A stretch of 54,569 nucleotides of DNA, filler included, from Catajapyx aquilonaris (Eukaryota), in NCBI GenBank assembly GCA_000934665.2. It is 2 parts of 2 records of this genome, joined end to end, with 100 filler letters (N's around TTAATTAATTAA, not from the genome) between each part and the next. Parts side by side here need not be neighbours in the genome. Positions count along the whole stretch, not along the records: positions 1 to 27,208 come from JYFJ02005090.1; positions 27,309 to 54,569 come from JYFJ02005091.1. One strand, 5' to 3'. The notes under the pieces were generated by a model that ran no database searches, was not told the DNA's origin, and saw only the letters and a list, made by a program, of their open reading frames with translations. This document shows, piece after piece, positions 21,221 to 33,363 of the stretch (its first letter is position 1; the number at the start of each line of letters is the position of its first letter). The translations under genes were made by a program, and so were the position numbers.

Positions 21221-24154
21221 TTATGGCATAAGAATACTCTGTCGGTGGTAAAACATCATATCTTTTTTGTGCTTCACAGTTTTGTGTCTATTCCGCTGCC
21301 CATACGAAACCTGGAAAAAAATTAATAAAAATATTGGGCAAAAGTTTGAGATAAAATATTTTTTGCATAATATCGTAGCAGTGATTTAATTTCATAAAAA
21401 TCACTATACCAGCAAAAATTCGAGCATCATCATTACAACAGAGGCGATGATTCCGGCTCCCAAAACCACGCAAGGCGTGATGACCTTTTTCACAGGAAAA
21501 GGTTCCAAGTTTTCTTTAACTCCTCCGCACGAACTCACTTTAATCTTATGATAACGTCCCTTAAGTGCATCCAGAACACCTGTTGTCTGCATCTTTAAAA
21601 GGCTGCAAAAATAATACTGATCATATATAAGCAAAAATCAACACAAACTTGAGCAACAACAACGTGTCTTACTGATAATTGAAGATATTGAGATAAGGTG
21701 AGCCCTTCCTCATTCCCATTGCATGATTGTCGGTGAAGTACTCCTCTGCCATTGATGACACCTGGCACGCCAACTCCAATCTCATGTTGATGATTTTGTT
21801 TACTTCCATTTGATTGCCCAACAATGCGTTCTTTCCACTGAATATCATATCAATTCCTTCTGGATAATCATCGAATGGACATTCCGTTCCCTTCTCGTGT
21901 ATCCGACGGTACAGCCCATTGCTCTCATCATCCTGAATAATACAAAACATGGTGATAACTCGTGATGGGTCGAAAAATTAGTGAATTAGTATACAGTGAA
22001 TAGTGAGGTCATCATCCAAGGGTTGGAACACAGCCTCCAGTCCTGTCGATCCAACATGTCTCTCAGACGTTGGAAAGGAAGGGTGAGTTCACTAACAGCC
22101 AAAAACGACGTGAACAATGCTCCATAGCACAAGTATGCCACTAGAAACAAGTAGCTTCCAGACAGCATAATTAGTCGTCCAGTGATATATTCAGGCTGCA
22201 ATTCCGCTTCTGGAAATTTCGGCATAACAAGAAAAGAAATTCTGATTAGTTTACCTTTTTTTTTTCTAATTAGAAATGAATGTCACCTTTCTGGCAAAAA
22301 GTAGCCCACGAGGTCCACAAGTGATCCTTCAGAGGTTTGCTCGACTGTTTATCTGAGCGTATGTATCGTGTGGTTAGGTAAAGAGTGATTGAGATCACAG
22401 GCATGGTGACACCCAGTCCAACCCACAGGTCCCAATTGAAAGGTGACACAGCTGCACGCCACCACTTTCTACTGGTTGTTTCAGTCCACGGAAGATAAAC
22501 ACGAACACTGCAACAATTTAAATTATTAGGGGTTCTCTCATTATTGCGTGATGTTCATGCCAACACCTGCTGTAGGAATAATTAATTGGTGAATTTATGA
22601 GGAACCTATACCTGTCGATGGCGATAGGTGTCGTGTAGTCGATGACCTTCTGACGAGCCATGGTGATAGAGAAAGGACCTACGATCAGGTCATACGATCC
22701 GTTCAGGAGGCCACTCATCATTCCTATCCAGGTCCGCTTGTCCTTTGCCAGCTCACCGTATATTCCTTCCAACTCGCACACCCTCACTACATACCTGACA
22801 GGATAACGAATGTTGTTATGAAGCCCTCACAATACTACATAAGAGGCGCAAACATTCGATTTCCGCGTCTCTCTGTTTGGAGCGTTGCCAAGGCTGGCGG
22901 CCATTTTGAAGTGTGGGCAACGCCAACGAGGTATAAATAGGGTACAGGCAAAAATAGGGTCAGCCATCTTTGATTCGCGCGTGTTCTTGCCGTGTAGTTG
23001 CCATGGCCGCCACAATCATCAAAGATGGCGGACCCTATTTTTGCCTGTACCCTATTTATACCTCGTTGGATTTACCCACACTTCAAAATGGCCGCCATCC
23101 TTGCCAACGGCCCCAAACAGAGAGACGCGAACATCAAAGGTGCCTTTTATGTAGTATATGCTCCCTGATATAATTATAGAGTGACATAGAGCTTACGTAA
23201 TATTTAGTATACTCTTCATTGACTGGAATATGTCCTCATGATATCCTTGTCCTATGTCGACCTCAGTGCTGCTGACATTAACCACAACTATATCTGAACG
23301 CTAGAGTAAGAACCAAAAAGTAATTAGTGGATCGGGCGCCTTGTGAGTCTAATTAGCAACTCACGTCCACCAGAACCCGTAACCTGTGTCCGGCCAAGTC
23401 CTTTCTTTGTATCCACTTCATTGGGAGTGGTATCATGTCGAAATAGCACGATCCGTTTCCTTCGTGTTCATGCCACATACCTACAGTTTCTTCTCGTACG
23501 GGACTCTTCTCGTCGACTCTGTAGATCTCCTCTAGAAGGACCATTCCGTCATCCCGAATCGAGGCGACTGTCACGTTGCTGTCGATGAAAGCCTCTGATT
23601 TTTTCATCGTTTCCTGCTTCAGAATCTTCACGTTGTCTTCTGGCAGGACAATCAGCCATCTGTTGCCTTCTCCAAAAGGTTGCGATTTTTCGATCTCAGC
23701 CTGTTGGAAAAAAGAGACGCAAGAAATTATTATATGAAATATGAGAGTATAGACGACGCTTACTTTGAATGACGAGAGTGTTTCGACGTTTGGTGCCAGA
23801 AGCAATGAAAGAGCCGTCGGATTGAACCTGTCGTTGAGAAGCAGACCTTTGTCTGTCGAGAGAGTTTTGAGCACCTGGATTCTCAGATACAACGCATCCA
23901 AAATGTCGTAAACAATGTCCAGTGGGTCCAGTTGGCTGGCATCTGCTGCCGAGATAAGAGGAAATAATATTCTCTGAGGATCACGCACTTAGGACCTTTC
24001 TTCGTCACCATTTTAATATATTATAGAGTTGGAATGACTTACGATTAGTAGAGTGAGGCACGAGAACTTGCAGGTCACGTACTGCCAACTGTTGGCAGAG
24101 CGAAATGACAAAAGAGCTCCAGTGGGCCACACCAACTGCACTTGAGTTGACCAT
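21221..24154 (-). CDS. Divergent ionotropic receptor (IR / variant iGluR), paralog A, ~10 exons
   Basis: S1 YG...WIGMMSGLLNGSYDLIVGPFSITMARQKVIDYT; M1 SPFNWDLWVGL; pore LWTSWATFCQKG; M3 GRLIML...YGALFTSFLAV; S2 AMGMRKGSPYLNIFN...TGVLDALKGRY; final TM segment. GT-AG exons join in frame. The start codon is less certain. Confidence 0.88.
22832..23167. mobile_element. Palindromic MITE family A, copy 4 (left terminus lost), in an intron of IR paralog A
   Basis: Same internal arms as the other copies; right end tatgctccctg is intact. Confidence 0.88.
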
Positions 24155-24660
24155 GGCCAACACAAAAGACACAAATCATAAGGTGTTTGTACAATGAGCT
24201 TTCATGGCGTGGTCGGGTTGGTTACTGCGACGTTTTCTTATTTGATATTCGTTAGGTATGGATTTACATTTCGTGTGTGGAAGGGTAAACGCATCATGCT
24301 ATACTTTTTTTTGTGTGCTCCAGATTCTCCCTGGCCACTATTGCGAATTAATGGCTTCGGCTACATCAGGGGTCAATATATTGAATAATTGTCCTTAACC
24401 TTGTGAATATGTTAAAGCAAATAATGGGTTACTACACGTATTCATACTTACTTGTTACACCAGTAACGCACGGAATAATAATTACAAAATATCATTTGTA
24501 GTTCAAAAACAGTTTATTGAGATGGTGAGCCTCTTACTGTAATACATTAAATGAACCATATGGAAATAATATTGCCGTATTGTTCATTTAATGGGCGTTT
24601 GTATTACAGTCATTTGTGTGATAACACATTATTTTTTAATTATTGCAACTTCGATCATTA

Positions 24661-27152
24661 TTAAGGACTGAAGGGAGCATCTGACCGAGTGAAAAGAACG
24701 TTTGTGTTTCTCTCATCTTTGGCTGTCTGTTGTCGTCCTTTCCACATCTGGAAAAAGACAGAAAAGCACCAATACACAGGGTGTTCCGAATATCATGCAC
24801 AATTGTAGATTATTATTAGACTCTCGTAATTCCAACAAAATATGGAGGATTTTTTTTACACAAAAACCCCAATTATAATTGTACAGAGCTTATTTGTAAT
24901 ACTAACCGTAAGTAACTCTAGTAGAAGCAATGCGATAGAAGTGACTATTCCGGCTCCAAGAACCACGCAGGGTGCGAGAACTTTCTTCATCGGGAAAGGC
25001 TCCAGTGATTCCTGAACTCCTCCACAGGAAATGGCCCGCACTTCGTTGTAACGACCCTTCAATGCATCCAATATACCCGCAGCCTGCATTTTTAACAGGC
25101 TGAAATAAAGTTTAAAAAAAATAAATAGCCTCTGAACCTACATACTGTACATAAATATGCTGTTCACACATATATGAAGCAAATGCCTCACTGGTAATTG
25201 AAAACGCTGAGGTACGGAGAGCGTTTTCTCATTCCAATTGCGAAATTGTCCGTGAAGTACTCCTCAGATAACGACGATATTTGACAGGACCACTCCAATC
25301 GCTTGTTGAACTCGTCGTTTAACTCCAGCTGATTCCCCAACATGGCACACTTCCCGTTGAACATCATGTCCAATCCGACCTGGTAATCTATGAAATGGCA
25401 TTTCTTTCCTTTCTCATGGATTCGACGGTAAAACACATTCGTTTCTTCTTCCTGGACATTTTGAGGGAAAACATTAGCCTGAAATAAACACCTATGTACA
25501 AAATAATATTTGGAAGTTTTACAGTAAAAAGCGAGGTCATCATCCATGGCTGTGCGCATAGCTTCCAGTCCTCTCTGGCCAGTATTTCTCGTAAGTGTTG
25601 AAATGGTAAGGTCAATTCTCTAACGGTCAAGAAAGATGTAAACAGTGCTCCGTAGCACAAGTAAGCTAATAAGAAGAGATAGCTTCCGGACAGGAGGATC
25701 AGACGCCCAGTCACATTATCCGGTTGCAACTCTGCTTCTGAAAAATTATCAATGTTAAAATATTAAATCAATCCATACTTTTTTATTTATTTTCCAAATG
25801 TACTTTGTTAGTACATGATTTTCAGTGTGACTATATGAAACACTTTTTTGTGTGCAAATTTTTCATACCTTTCTGGCAGAAGCTAGCCCATGATGTCCAC
25901 AGGTGATCCTTCAGGGGTATGTTTGATTGTTTGTCTGAGCGTGCGTATCGTGTGGTTAGGTAAAGGATGATTGAAATGAGTGGCATTGTGACCCCCAGTC
26001 CAACCCACAAATCCCAACGAAAAGGTCCGACAGCTGCACGCCACCACTTGGAATTCCTGCTGCTTGTTTCAGTCCACTGAAGATACACTCGGACACTGCA
26101 AGAAAATAACAGTTCTCATCAGTGGAAGTAAATATGACCGTTGCGATAGATCCACCTGTCTATGGCGATAGGCGCTGAATAATCGATGACTTTCTGTCGA
26201 GCAGATGTGATCGAGAAAGGTCCAATTATCAGATCATACGATCCGTTGAGTAGTCCTCTCATCATTCCTATCCAAGTCTTCTTGTCCTTGTCCAGCTCTC
26301 CGTAAGTGATGTCCAACTCGGACACCCCAACCTTGTACCTGCAAATATAGTGAATCAACAAATTGCGGTGGGTATATCGTATAGCAACAGTCTCACGTGA
26401 AATTCAAAGTCCTCTGTAAGGATCGGAGGATATCTTCGTGAAATCCTCTTCCTAATTCGAGCACCTCATTTGCAAAGCGTGTGTGGCCCTTAACCACGTT
26501 GATATCCCCTTTCTGAAATAATGACAATGATTTATCATCATTTCAAACCATTACGATTTATTGCGAGCAACTCACATCTACTAGTACACGTAGGGTATGT
26601 CCATCGAGCTTTTTTCTGTTTTCCCACATCGCTAGTAGTGGCGACCACGATCCAGTTCCTTCGTCTTCCTGCCACAATCCTACCAAATCCACTTTCATCG
26701 GACTTCTTTCGTCTATTCGGTAAATCTCCTCGAGAAGAACCATTCCATTGTCCTGAATGGACGCCACTGTCACGTTGCTGTCGATGAACGCTTCAGACTT
26801 GTTGAACGTCACTTCCTTCAGATGCTTCAAGTTGTGCTCCGGAAGGACAATCAGCCAGCGATTCCCTTCTCCAAAAGGCTGGACCGTCTCAATTTCAATC
26901 TGTTGCGAAAATAAGCCATTATGATTTCAATGTAAATGTCGAGCATAAAAATAATAATAAGCTCACTTTGAAAGACGAGAGTGCTTCGGTGTTTGGTGCC
27001 AGAAGCAATGAAAGAGCCGTCGGATTGAATCTGTCGTTCAGGAGGAGACCTTTGTCCGTTGAAAGTGTTCTGAGTACTTGTATCCTAAGGTACATGGCAT
27101 CCCAAATGTCGTAAACAATGTCCACAAGGTCCAGTTGGCTGGCATTGGCATA
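24661..27152 (-). CDS. Divergent ionotropic receptor, paralog B (first exon probably lost in the gap)
   Basis: Exon-for-exon similarity to paralog A: WIGMMRGLLNGSYDLIIGPFSITSARQKVIDYS, GPFRWDLW, WASFCQKG, YGALFTSFLTV, FAIGMRKRSPYL. Last exon ends ...DAPFSP* at 24661. Confidence 0.86.
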
Positions 27153-27208
27153 ATCTGTTCAATGCAGAACAGTAAGGAAGTCCACTAGATTATGTCAGTG
27201 GTGTGATA

Positions 27209-27308
27209 NNNNNNNNNNNNNNNNNNNNNNNNNNNNNNNNNNNNNNNNNNNNTTAATTAATTAANNNNNNNNNNNNNNNNNNNNNNNNNNNNNNNNNNNN
27301 NNNNNNNN
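27209..27308. other. Assembly gap with an artificial TTAATTAATTAA linker
   Basis: 100-bp block of Ns surrounding a 12-mer that has stops in all six frames. Confidence 0.92.
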
Positions 27309-27477
27309 GGAATCTTTGCCAACGAGGGAGAAAATTTTGTCATCGATGATAAGACTAGTGACCTCAGCCTGATATGAAAGTTAGCCGCATTTACAAGTTC
27401 ATGCTGCTCTTGTCAAGTTCAATCAGCTCCTCATTGCTAAACTAATCCCTCTTGATTTTGCCCAATCAACAACGTAG

Positions 27478-29317
27478 GTGGAGGATGGAAATCACGTAAT
27501 GCCACTGAGAGACCTTCACCTAGAATTCAATTCTCTGACAGCTTTGGATGGATGTCTCTCGGGACTCACTGGACTGCAATTCCTAAATCTGAGCCACAAC
27601 GCAATTGAAACTTTGACCTCCTCAGACTTCCTGGATCTTGCAATGCTCAGAACATTGGACTTGTCCTTCAACCGCATCTCATCTCTAGGATTTATCTATG
27701 AGGTTGGATAATATTATGCTTTGTAATATTTATGCGAGAATGTACTGAGAAAAAAACACTTCATCACTCTGAGTGGGTTTTTGACAATTTTTCACAATAG
27801 GCAAAATGCAGCAATACCTCGCTTTATGGCACTTTGCAGCTCTTTTCAATTATATTATTTTGTATTATTGTCAGCACTTTCCTTGTTCTTACACCACATG
27901 AACATAATTATGCTCACAAGGGACATTTCCTGGGTGATAATGATGGATCTTGATGAAACTTAACATGCTAATAGAGGACAATATATGATAACCAAAAATG
28001 AAATATTTTGGGCGGAGGCCCATATTTGCAAAAGTTGTGACGTCACTGCCAAAAATAATACATTTTCATACGCAATGGGGTTACATTAGCGACCACATGT
28101 AATGGCACTGAAGTGTGTATAATCAGTTTCTAGACTTTTTCTCATCAGAAAAATGTACTGTAGAACGGCTCTGTCTGTGAACAGGTATCAAGGCCTCAAC
28201 TGCAAGACAACTGGTTTCATATTTGGATTAAGCGTCACCAAAATAGGTTTCATTATCAATTTCTGGTGACCTGCCACTTCCGGTATTCCGGGTTCACTCT
28301 ATCCGCACAAGTCTACTTTATGGGTGGTTTATTGTTGTATTTCGGAATTAATTTCCGTGGACGGACGAACGGACTGAGCTGTTCTATAGGACTTTTTACC
28401 AACAAGAAAAAAAATCTTGAAACTGATTACACACTTCAATGTCATTATATGTGGTTGCTAATGTAATCCCATTGTGTATGAAAATGTATTATTTTTGGCA
28501 CTTGAAGACTTTAGAAAATATGGAACTCCACCCGAAATATTTCATTTTTGGTTATCAATTGTCCTCTATTAGCATGTTGTTTCATCATGATCCGTCATTA
28601 TCACCCAGGAAATGTCCCTAGCATTATATTGAGCATTTTCATTTAAAATTATTATATCATTTTTTTTTTGGCTTACTACAATTTTGCACTTAATATATTA
28701 ACACATGTTTTAAGGGTTTTATATGCACTAGCAAGTGAAAAAATGGGATTCCATTTATGGATACATTCGCCTTATGGCAGTGGTCTGCAACCAAACCCAT
28801 CCTATTGAGGTATTCCTTCAATACCACATGATTATTTTGGTGAATATGTAGAGTATCCCATATCACTTGGTATTCTGACATCTGAACAATAACTTCATTC
28901 CAGGTTCCCTTGCTGCCATCTCTCCTGCAGTTGTCACTTGCAAACAACAGCATTGCAGAAATCATCCCAGATTTCTTTGTAAATCTTCCCTCCATTTGCG
29001 ACGTGAACCTGCAAAGTAATGAAATTTCGTTAGTGGAATGGCCTCTGCATCCATCAAGCAAATGCATCATTACTCTGGATGTCAAAGGTATTCATTTGGT
29101 GAATATTCACACAATTATGTCAAAACACATCCATTTACTCCACCTCTTTGCAGACAACCCTTTGCCCTGCAAGGCAGAGATAATTTCAGAAGTCTTGACA
29201 GAAGAAGGAATTATTGATAAGGAAGTGCAATTGGTTGGAATTGCTAACTGTGTGTCGGAAGAAGAGGAGCAGCAACAACTCAACGAAATGGAAAACCAAC
29301 TGGTCGAAGCGTGCTGA
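27478..29317 (+). CDS. 3' exons of an extracellular-type leucine-rich repeat protein (27478-27702, 28904-29087, 29154-29317); 5' part missing at the gap
   Basis: LxxLxLxxNxI/L repeats (LRDLHLEFNSL, LQFLNLSHNAI, LRTLDLSFNRI, LLQLSLANNSI, ICDVNLQSNEI) and an LRRCT-like DNPLPC...C cap. Splice phases are compatible. No TM segment or TIR domain follows. Confidence 0.82.
27920..28618. mobile_element. ~700-bp foldback/MITE with ~260-bp diverged inverted arms, in an LRR gene intron
   Basis: gggacatttcctgggtgataatga ... tcattatcacccaggaaatgtccc. Arms remain alignable inward to ~28180 / 28365. Confidence 0.85.
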
Positions 29318-31212
29318 ACATAATCAATTCCTAAGTAACAGCTTCACAGCTTCATCCTATACATACATTTTGACTGCTATTTTTTTTGTAAATGCACCTT
29401 TGCAGTCATTGGATGTATTATTTCACAACCTCTCAAGTGGTTGCAAAATGGTATGTCATGCAAAAAAGCACCATTATTCCTTCCTTTCATTCATCTTTTC
29501 TTACCAGATTGCAAAACTGATCCACCTTAGGACAGTGGGAAAAAAAATCACTTGTAATATATAGGATGTTTCAATGTCTGGTCATGTTCCATGTGATTTA
29601 CTTGATTAATTATTTAAAATTATCATATTATGAAATTACATCATGTGTTAGAGAAAAGTTAAATTTTTTATTACGTTATTTACATAATTATCTTCAGTAT
29701 GAATGTGATAACTACATGTCAGATAATTTAGATCAGTAGCGGAGTAGCAATACCCCTGCTTACAGTTCAACTTTGTGCGGTTGCCAAGTGTGGCCTCTGC
29801 CTTGTCCTATGAAGTCCGCTTAAGACCTTCGAGGGCACTGACCAGATGGCAATGATCCACAGGTATAGGGAGATTTGTTCAGCTTAGAACAATATACATT
29901 TCTTTGCACCAGTAGCTTTCATCTTTCAAAACTGCTGTTTATTCCTAATTATACCACAATGAAAATGCTACCAAAATTTTTTCGACTTTTCTCTAGCATA
30001 AACCTTTTTTGTAAACCTGCATATTGAACAAATATAAGTGAGACACTTCAGGGAAAGAAATTCAATTGCAAAGTGGCTGCATCCATAGTATCATTTATCA
30101 CACGACATACTCTCGTTGTGAAAATTCCACATTATCAACTGGGATTGGAAGTCTTATTCGAACAATACTCAGCAATTTATGCAACATGAATTTCCCACAG
30201 GTGAAAAACTTCAATATGCAGCTGTAACCTTCATGTCAAACATTAATTTAGTGCAGGCATTATAATATTATATTAAAACACATCCCATGTGTACAAATAC
30301 ATTGCAGTTTTCGCAATCTACTGAGAACAGGTTGCATTCAATGAGATCTATCTGCATTTACGTATGTATCATAGTTCATTTCAAACCATTAATACCCTCA
30401 CTTTGTGATGACTTTCCTACATACCTCTTAAAGGCATTTTCACTTGATGAACCCAGATTCTCGTGTCCAATACTATACACATGCAACAGCAGGAAGCATG
30501 CCACCTTTGAAGCACCTCCCCTTGTTCTGAAGTTGTGAAAGGTGCAGGCCGTACAGAAGTTTCTACTTCCTGCATTTTCCTAGGCCGCAATCACCCCTAC
30601 TCGCTTTTCCCCTCCATAAATCTATGCTGCACATACATCTCATAGCCTAGTAGACAGACACAAGAGTTGGAAGCACGATTTACAACATCACCTACATTAT
30701 GTGTCCATCACATGTGTCCAAGGAGGGCCAAGGACTTTGCCTAACTGGTGATGCTCAGCTTGATTCAAGAATCTGGACACATCGTCTGAAACATCCTTTA
30801 CATTGCTCCATCACAAAACTACCACAAATCTTGCTCACAAGCCAGTAAATCTCAGGATCCCTTACACACACAACACAATGCAAGTTTCTGCTTCCCTTCT
30901 TGTACATAGTGATAGCTAATATGCATGTTACATTGTTACTGTTATAAGTCACTCCATGTGTACTGTACTGTACATTGATATAATTATGCGAGCATCTTGG
31001 CCAGGTTATCATAACAATGATGGATCAAGTACAAACATTTAGCTGAATAAAACTGCTTCTAACTGTCTTTGAATTTATTCACTGATAAAACAGCAATTGC
31101 ATACATTTCGAAACTAGCAAAGCTTCTCTACTAATTTTCTGGTCACACGTGAGCCGCATGATACTCAGGTCTGGTCACTCCCACCCACTCCCTGCCGGGG
31201 TGTTTTGCAGGA

Positions 31213-31467
31213 GGTGCTCCCCTGAGAGCGCCATGAGACATTTCAGAGCACTGGTATATGGCGATCCCACCGGACTACGCTAACATTATGGGTACAAAAG
31301 GGAAGGGCTACATTGGGGGACCCCAACATGGTCGCCGGCGGCCATGTTGGGCCCGCATGTAGCGCTTTCCCTGCTTCCCAGTCGTACCTATAAAGTTCAG
31401 CGTAGTCCGGTAGGGTCGCCACATACCAGTGCTCTGAAATGTCTCATGGCGCTCTCAGATGAGCACC
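31213..31467. mobile_element. Hairpin MITE (~255 bp)
   Basis: ctgagagcgccatgagacatttcagagcactggtat and its exact reverse complement at ~31423-31458. Near-palindromic core ccaacatggtcgccggcggccatgttgg. Confidence 0.82.
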
Positions 31468-31963
31468 CCATGAGACATTTCACATAAGATCATAATGTAG
31501 TATAAGTGTCCGGGGGCTGCACGTGACTCACCTCTTGAAGAAGATGGTTATGTTTGTTAGCTTGTTTAAACGGGAAAAATCCCAGGCAACTATGGCTATC
31601 TGGCTCTAAGAAGAAACCCGGATGCAAGACAGAGAAATAGAAGAAGAGAAAAGAGATTAGAGGAAAGGCTGGTGTGGGCTGGTGCCTCTTTTTGTTTGTC
31701 TCCTACCTCAAGAAGACTTTCCTGCTTGGGTGACCCTGCCAGGAGACGAAAATGCTGTCGATGTGGCTCCCCAAGTTGTCATTGAATGGCGGTCCCACCA
31801 CAATACAGCAAGATGGAGAACCATTGGTGGGGCAGGTGAATATGAACTCATGAAGCCCTAGGTAGTCAAATTCACTTACCACGGGAACATCAATTTTTAT
31901 GCAATATTTTTTCATGGTGCATTCGAGTAAAATTCAGTATGCATATGCCCAAGCCCAACCTGC

Positions 31964-32026
31964 CAAAAAAAAAAAAAAAAAAAAAAAAAAANNNNNNNAA
32001 AAAAAAAAAAAAAAAAAAAAAAAAAA
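31964..32026. repeat. Poly-A run with unresolved Ns
   Basis: A-tract interrupted by 7 Ns. Confidence 0.9.
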
Positions 32027-33363
32027 CATGCAGGATATCTCAAAAAAATCATGCAGAGCTTAGCTGTAAGAGTAGTTTGTCTACTTTTCGAAAATTAAAC
32101 TTCTACCTTCTGATATGTTCATCAATGCAGATAATCCAGTATTGTCTCAGTGGTCATCATTACAAACTGACAATCGTAAGTCATGCATTATAGCAACGCT
32201 TGCACACAAATTGAGGCCAAGATGATCCACAAAAATTCATATGTAAACAGCTGATACACAAAATGTACAGCAATAGAGCACACAATATTACTGTATTCCA
32301 ATAATTGTTATCACCATTTGCTGATAATGCATTTCCACATAAATCAACATAACCTCATGATAACATACTGGTCTTCAGCTACTTGGTTTTTCTCCTCCAC
32401 ACCCTTTCTATGAAGTTGGGGAAAATGGCAAATACAAATCCAAATTTCTAGATTTGGAGATCTAATTAGGCAAAAAGTGAGTTTCACTTTTTCACCTGAA
32501 ATTATTATTAGCAACAACCCTTGCTAAAAATTATTGCAATGAAATTGACAGAGATCCTGGCAGGAATCCTTTCCTGCACACCTGTTGGATGAATCAGTGG
32601 TGGAAAAAAAGTGAACCAGATAGGAAGTACATAATTTTACCCAACTCCAAATATATACTTATTACAAATTAAGTCATAATAAAATTTAGAGAGCACTCTT
32701 CCCCTGAAAAGTAAAATGACCATGCCTGGTCAGTTAAACCTCAAATTGTTGGGAGATGGTATGTTCCTCCCAACATAAAACTTACATAAAGAATTATTTG
32801 TTCCTCCTTAAAAAATCATCTCCATTCATACAAGTTTGACACCAGGAGAGTATGAAAGGACTTGATCACTTCATTTCGCTGCCATAGTGAGAAGCTGTCA
32901 TCTTATTCAGTCATGTTGATAAATGAATTTCAATAACATTTTTTAGATGTGGATCATCTCCAAGTGCAATTTTTTTTACCAAATATTTGTCCTGGGGAGG
33001 TTTTTCTCATTATGCAGGATTGTACAAAAGGTGCACTCTTCCTTGCGGACCCAGGTTAGACAAGATATGCTCAGACAAAATTTATCTCATTGATTTTATC
33101 ATCATGATAGAGTTATTCGATTTTGAAATCCTAGTAAACTTATTCCAACAAGTACTAAACAACTACTCTCCAGATGTCTTAATAGAATGCTTTTTACATT
33201 TCTCTCGCAATGACAACAACTTCACTTTCACATATGTAATTTCTACAATGACCAGGTCAGTTTCAGAGAAAGAAGAAAGTAAAGAAATCGCACACAAGGA
33301 AACAATGATTGGTTGAGCTTTCTATCGCACACCAGCAGAAAAAGCAGGGAAATTAGTTCCTCT

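Noticed and set aside
27209..27308. TTAATTAATTAA motif, and a single 'immune island' joining the protease cluster with the LRR and cGLR genes
   Set aside because: The motif is a scaffolding linker. Genes on both sides are truncated at the gap, so true distance and adjacency are unknown.
27478..29317. LRR gene as a Toll receptor
   Set aside because: The frame stops shortly after the C-terminal cap, with no transmembrane segment or TIR domain.
29320..33360. A STING or other effector gene next to the cGLR, including the ORF at 31703-31915
   Set aside because: I found no recognisable motifs or consistent exon chain. A translated search would be needed to exclude one fully.
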